NCBI RefSeq assembly: GCF_026626585.1
Contig: NZ_JAPNKD010000018.1
Coordinates: 267,718-318,520, forward strand
Direction of reading: 5' to 3'
From: Nannocystis sp. ILAH1
GTDB taxonomy: Bacteria > Myxococcota_A > Polyangia > Nannocystales > Nannocystaceae
DNA length: 50,803 nt
Below the pieces are notes generated by a model. The model did no database searches. It was not told the origin of the DNA and saw nothing but the letters and a program-made list of their open reading frames with translations. Positions 48,195-50,803 of this stretch are shown here, one piece after another (within the stretch, counting starts at the first letter, position 1; each line of letters opens with the position of its first letter). A program made the position numbers and the translations under genes.

Positions 48195-49876
48195 GGGCGG
48201 CGGAGGTGCGGGAAGTAGCTGCGCAGGCTGGTGTTCAGCTCGTGGCGGACGTCATCCTCGGTGAAGAGGCGCTCGATCCGGGAGATGGCCTCCTGGGCGT
48301 GGTTGTCCTCGGCGCCTTCGAGCTGGGGGAAGACGAGCAGCTCGACGCCCTCGCCGAGGGCCCGCTGGTGGCTGGCGCCGGGGCGCTGGGCGGCGTACTG
48401 GAGGAGGTCGAGGAGCAGCGCTGGGCCGAGATCGACGGCGCTGCCGAGGCCCTGCGCACGCGAAAGGACGCGCGCGGCAAGCTCCCAGCGGTCGGGGGCG
48501 ATCCCGTGGGATTCACCTGCCCGCTGGGCCAGGCGACGCAGGGCGTCGTCGTCGAGGCCAGGAACATGCACCGCCGCGAAGCGGCGCATGAAGGCATAGG
48601 ACAGGCGAAACAGGCTGGCCTTGTCGCGCACGTTCATGGTGGCGATCAGGCGGATGTGCGGGCCGAAGTTGTAGGGCTCGGCGCCGGGGCCGATCATAAC
48701 CTCGCGACCGTCGGCGTCGGTGTAGGCGGTGACGACGGTGCCGCCGCTGAGGACGGTGAACAGCTCGCCGAAACATTTATCGATGTCGGCACGGTTGACC
48801 TCGTCGAGGACGATCCACCGACGCTCGCGCAGGGCGCGGGTGACGATACCCTCGCGGAAGGCGAGGCGGGTGTCAGCCTGCTGGGCCCAGCCGCCGATCG
48901 TGTCATAGGTCGACCAGTCGGCCGAGGCGGTGGCGAGCTTGGCCTCGCCGCCGCAGGCGCCGTCGGCGTGGGCCTGGGAGGCGAGCGCGGCCGCAATCGT
49001 GCTTTTGCCGGTGCCCGGCGGGCCGAGCAGGAGGAGGTGCTTACCGGCGTTGAGGGCGGCGCAGCAGCGCTCGAGGACGCCGGGCGGGCACTCGAAAGCG
49101 CCCAGGCGGGCGAGGACGTTCTCGGGAGTGAGGGCGAGTGGGGTGAAGGTGGACGCGAGGAGATCCGCAAGGATAGCCACACTCGTGAGTTCGTTGGGCT
49201 CGTCGGTGACTGAGTTGTCCTCGTCGTCTGCGGGGTTGCTCAGCCCCGATCCCTCGATCTTGAAGAGGGACTCGCCGCGGATCTTCGTGCGCGCGAAGGA
49301 GTAGAAGTGGGCCTTGATCAGCGCGAGGGTGACGAAGCGGCGCAGCACCTCGCCTGGGACGGGGCTCCAAGATCGGCTTTCGAGGTCGTATGTGCCGCAC
49401 ACGATCTCAGACTTGTTGCCCAGGCCGCTCTCGCCCGCCACCTCGCGCGCCTGCTCGCCGTAGCGGCTGTTGCGCTCAGGATCGTCGTCGAGGACGCGCT
49501 CATAAAAGCTGTTGCGGACGAGCAGCCGCACCTGGCGCTGTTTGGCGCGGATCGCGTCGCGGACACCGAACTCGAGGTTGGACCAGAGGACCAGGCCGGA
49601 GCTCTTCGAGACCCATACCCCAAGGCCCGTGGCGTGGCCGCTATCCTCGGGTCGGCCCGAGCGGTTGATGTTATCTTTACGGATTCGGACCGGGAGCGCG
49701 ATTTCGCCGCCAGACCAGCGGACGAGAAGCTGGCGGCGATCGCCGTCGCGCGTGTCTTCGGCGATCTCAATGTCGCGTCGGGCGACCTTCCACGTGCGCG
49801 GCAACTCGGCGTCGAGGAGCGTCTGGAAAGCCTCGCGCGTGGTTTCCTCGGATTGTTCGAGCGATGGGAGTGCCAT
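48191..49876 (-). CDS. McrB-like AAA+ (AAA_5) GTPase subunit of a McrBC-type restriction system, with a ~280-aa N-terminal domain of unknown specificity
   Basis: ORF 48191..49876. LLLLGPPGTGKSTIA, then WIVLDEVNRADIDKCFGELFTVL (the McrB-type DEINRAN..K.FGEL motif), then RLIATMNVRDKASLFRLSYAFMRRF. A GAAGGA RBS is present. Confidence 0.8.
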   Translation of the reverse strand: MALPSLEQSEETTREAFQTLLDAELPRTWKVARRDIEIAEDTRDGDRRQLLVRWSGGEIALPVRIRKDNINRSGRPEDSGHATGLGVWVSKSSGLVLWSNLEFGVRDAIRAKQRQVRLLVRNSFYERVLDDDPERNSRYGEQAREVAGESGLGNKSEIVCGTYDLESRSWSPVPGEVLRRFVTLALIKAHFYSFARTKIRGESLFKIEGSGLSNPADDEDNSVTDEPNELTSVAILADLLASTFTPLALTPENVLARLGAFECPPGVLERCCAALNAGKHLLLLGPPGTGKSTIAAALASQAHADGACGGEAKLATASADWSTYDTIGGWAQQADTRLAFREGIVTRALRERRWIVLDEVNRADIDKCFGELFTVLSGGTVVTAYTDADGREVMIGPGAEPYNFGPHIRLIATMNVRDKASLFRLSYAFMRRFAAVHVPGLDDDALRRLAQRAGESHGIAPDRWELAARVLSRAQGLGSAVDLGPALLLDLLQYAAQRPGASHQRALGEGVELLVFPQLEGAEDNHAQEAISRIERLFTEDDVRHELNTSLRSYFPHLRRP

Positions 49877-49887
49877 GATCCTTCAGT

Positions 49888-50118
49888 TCACTGCTGTGGC
49901 GGGGCAGGCGGCGTCGGAGCCGAGTCTGGCATCAAGTGGGAGAGGTTGTGCTCGGCGAGCCGCTCGCGGATTTCCTTGCGGAAGCTCTCTAGCAGGTTGC
50001 TGAAAAAGTCCCGGCCGGCCCAAATCGGCATGTCCATTCGGACAGAACATGGCCGAATTCGGCCGCGCAGGGCACTTCTCGATGATGAGTGGGGCGGCTT
50101 CGCGGGCTCCGTCGCCAT
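49888..50118 (-). CDS. hypothetical small protein (76 aa)
   Basis: ORF 49888..50118 is tightly packed between neighbours (gaps of 12 and 4 nt). It contains two GGRCATG units (array 10), which argues against it being a real gene. Confidence 0.25.
   Translation of the reverse strand: MATEPAKPPHSSSRSALRGRIRPCSVRMDMPIWAGRDFFSNLLESFRKEIRERLAEHNLSHLMPDSAPTPPAPPQQ
50025..50055 (+). repeat. array 10 of the GGRCATGYY repeat family (2 units, weaker)
   Basis: cggcatgtcca and gaacatggcc, with CATG cores at 50029 and 50048. Confidence 0.4.
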
Positions 50119-50121
50119 TTT

Positions 50122-50803
50122 TCAGCGACCTGCTAGCGACGATCGTAGGTTCGGAGCCAGCGGAGTCTTGTGTTTGGCCGCCAATTCCTCGAGAGACTGG
50201 ACGGAGTCGATCAAGCGGGGGACAGTACGCAGCAGATCGACAAGGGCGCGGCCGGAGATATGGTCGCAGGCGTGCCTGTGCTGTTCGACCATGGGGACGC
50301 TGGCATCATTTTGCGTGCGCTTCTTGAAGTGTTCCAGTTCATTCGTTAGCCGCTCCCGCGCCTGTCCGAATCCCTGGAGCGCACGGAGGTAGACACGGAA
50401 AAGACGCAAGTTCTCTCTGGCGACCGATTCGCGCATCATGATGTCGTCTTTGCCGATGTCGCCCAGGGAGGCGAGCATCTTCACCTGCCGCTCGAACATG
50501 TCGACGCGCTCGATGAAGTTCTTGGACTGGGCCTGGGCCAGGTCGGTTGCGCTGCCCAGCGCGGTCATCGAGTCGGCCAGAAAGAACACGGCAAAGTGTC
50601 CGAACAGCGCGGCCTCTGCCTGTAACACCGCCTGGAGGGGCGTGATCCGGCCGAAGCCGAGCCTGCGCCGGACGTCCTGGAGCTGTTCGAGCGCGGGGAT
50701 CTCATAGCGCGGTTCGGCGAGGCCGCGTAGGACATGAATGGCCGCGATCACCAGGAACGCGGCCTTGAGAGCGGCGAAGTCGCCGTCTTGCCAGGTCTCA
50801 AGG
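50122..50803 (-). CDS. hypothetical protein (5' end outside the window), in the accessory island
   Basis: ORF 50122..50751 stays open upstream to the window edge (...LETWQDGDFAALKAAFLV IAAIHVLRG...). Lower GC. No recognisable motif. Confidence 0.5.
   Translation of the reverse strand, partial: LETWQDGDFAALKAAFLVIAAIHVLRGLAEPRYEIPALEQLQDVRRRLGFGRITPLQAVLQAEAALFGHFAVFFLADSMTALGSATDLAQAQSKNFIERVDMFERQVKMLASLGDIGKDDIMMRESVARENLRLFRVYLRALQGFGQARERLTNELEHFKKRTQNDASVPMVEQHRHACDHISGRALVDLLRTVPRLIDSVQSLEELAAKHKTPLAPNLRSSLAGR

Overview
The window reads as a roughly 70% GC bacterial chromosome segment. It is probably from a Myxococcota-like organism. The evidence is many lipoproteins with LAAC/VAAC-type lipoboxes, an OmpA lipoprotein with thrombospondin-type-3 repeats, an LDL-receptor class A repeat lipoprotein and large hybrid histidine kinases. 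Lower-GC patches such as 14820-14900 and 43150-44300 still average above 50% GC. Gene order, from coordinates supported above:
- A partial hypothetical CDS at 3..632.
- A tightly coupled trpE-trpG-trpD-trpC-trpF cluster (785..5718) with no trpB/trpA, followed by a Mur-ligase-like gene (5850..7166) that lacks the N-terminal Mur domain.
- A minus-strand lipoprotein cluster, a TetR regulator and an aldo/keto reductase separated by a 3 x ~64-bp tandem repeat.
- typA with a clear intrinsic terminator (12443..12481).
- A gene in two pieces, apparently from compensating frameshifts (15164..15700).
- A minus-strand string of a methyltransferase lipoprotein, tatD, a stand-alone rplC and rlmE.
- Several secreted or lipoprotein genes and a 1022-aa hybrid sensor kinase with two kinase cores.
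- A four-gene membrane/TPR/AAA+ operon (28552..31698) whose AAA+ gene carries a frameshift.
- A Tat-signal TldD plus PmbA/TldE peptidase pair (33859..36854).
- A minus-strand operon of a eukaryote-type protein-arginine deiminase, a 220-aa unknown, a TPR-sirtuin and a lipoyl/biotinyl-domain protein (37360..41269).
- An accessory island (about 43150 to the window end) holding an IS21-family element, 44618..47327. Its istB carries an amber stop, and its ends carry arrays of a GATC-rich 21-mer. A 7-bp target-site duplication (GGCTGGT) shows the element split the second gene of a McrB/McrC-like restriction pair (McrB-like gene 48191..49876).
Superimposed on all of this is an intergenic repeat family. 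It consists of tandem arrays, phased at exactly 14 bp, of a GAGGGRCATGKC-like unit with a palindromic CATG core. There are at least 10 arrays in 50 kb, and every one has the same strand orientation. I do not recognise this family. Several high-GC shadow ORFs on the track are rejected below. No rRNA, tRNA or CRISPR array could be supported by eye.
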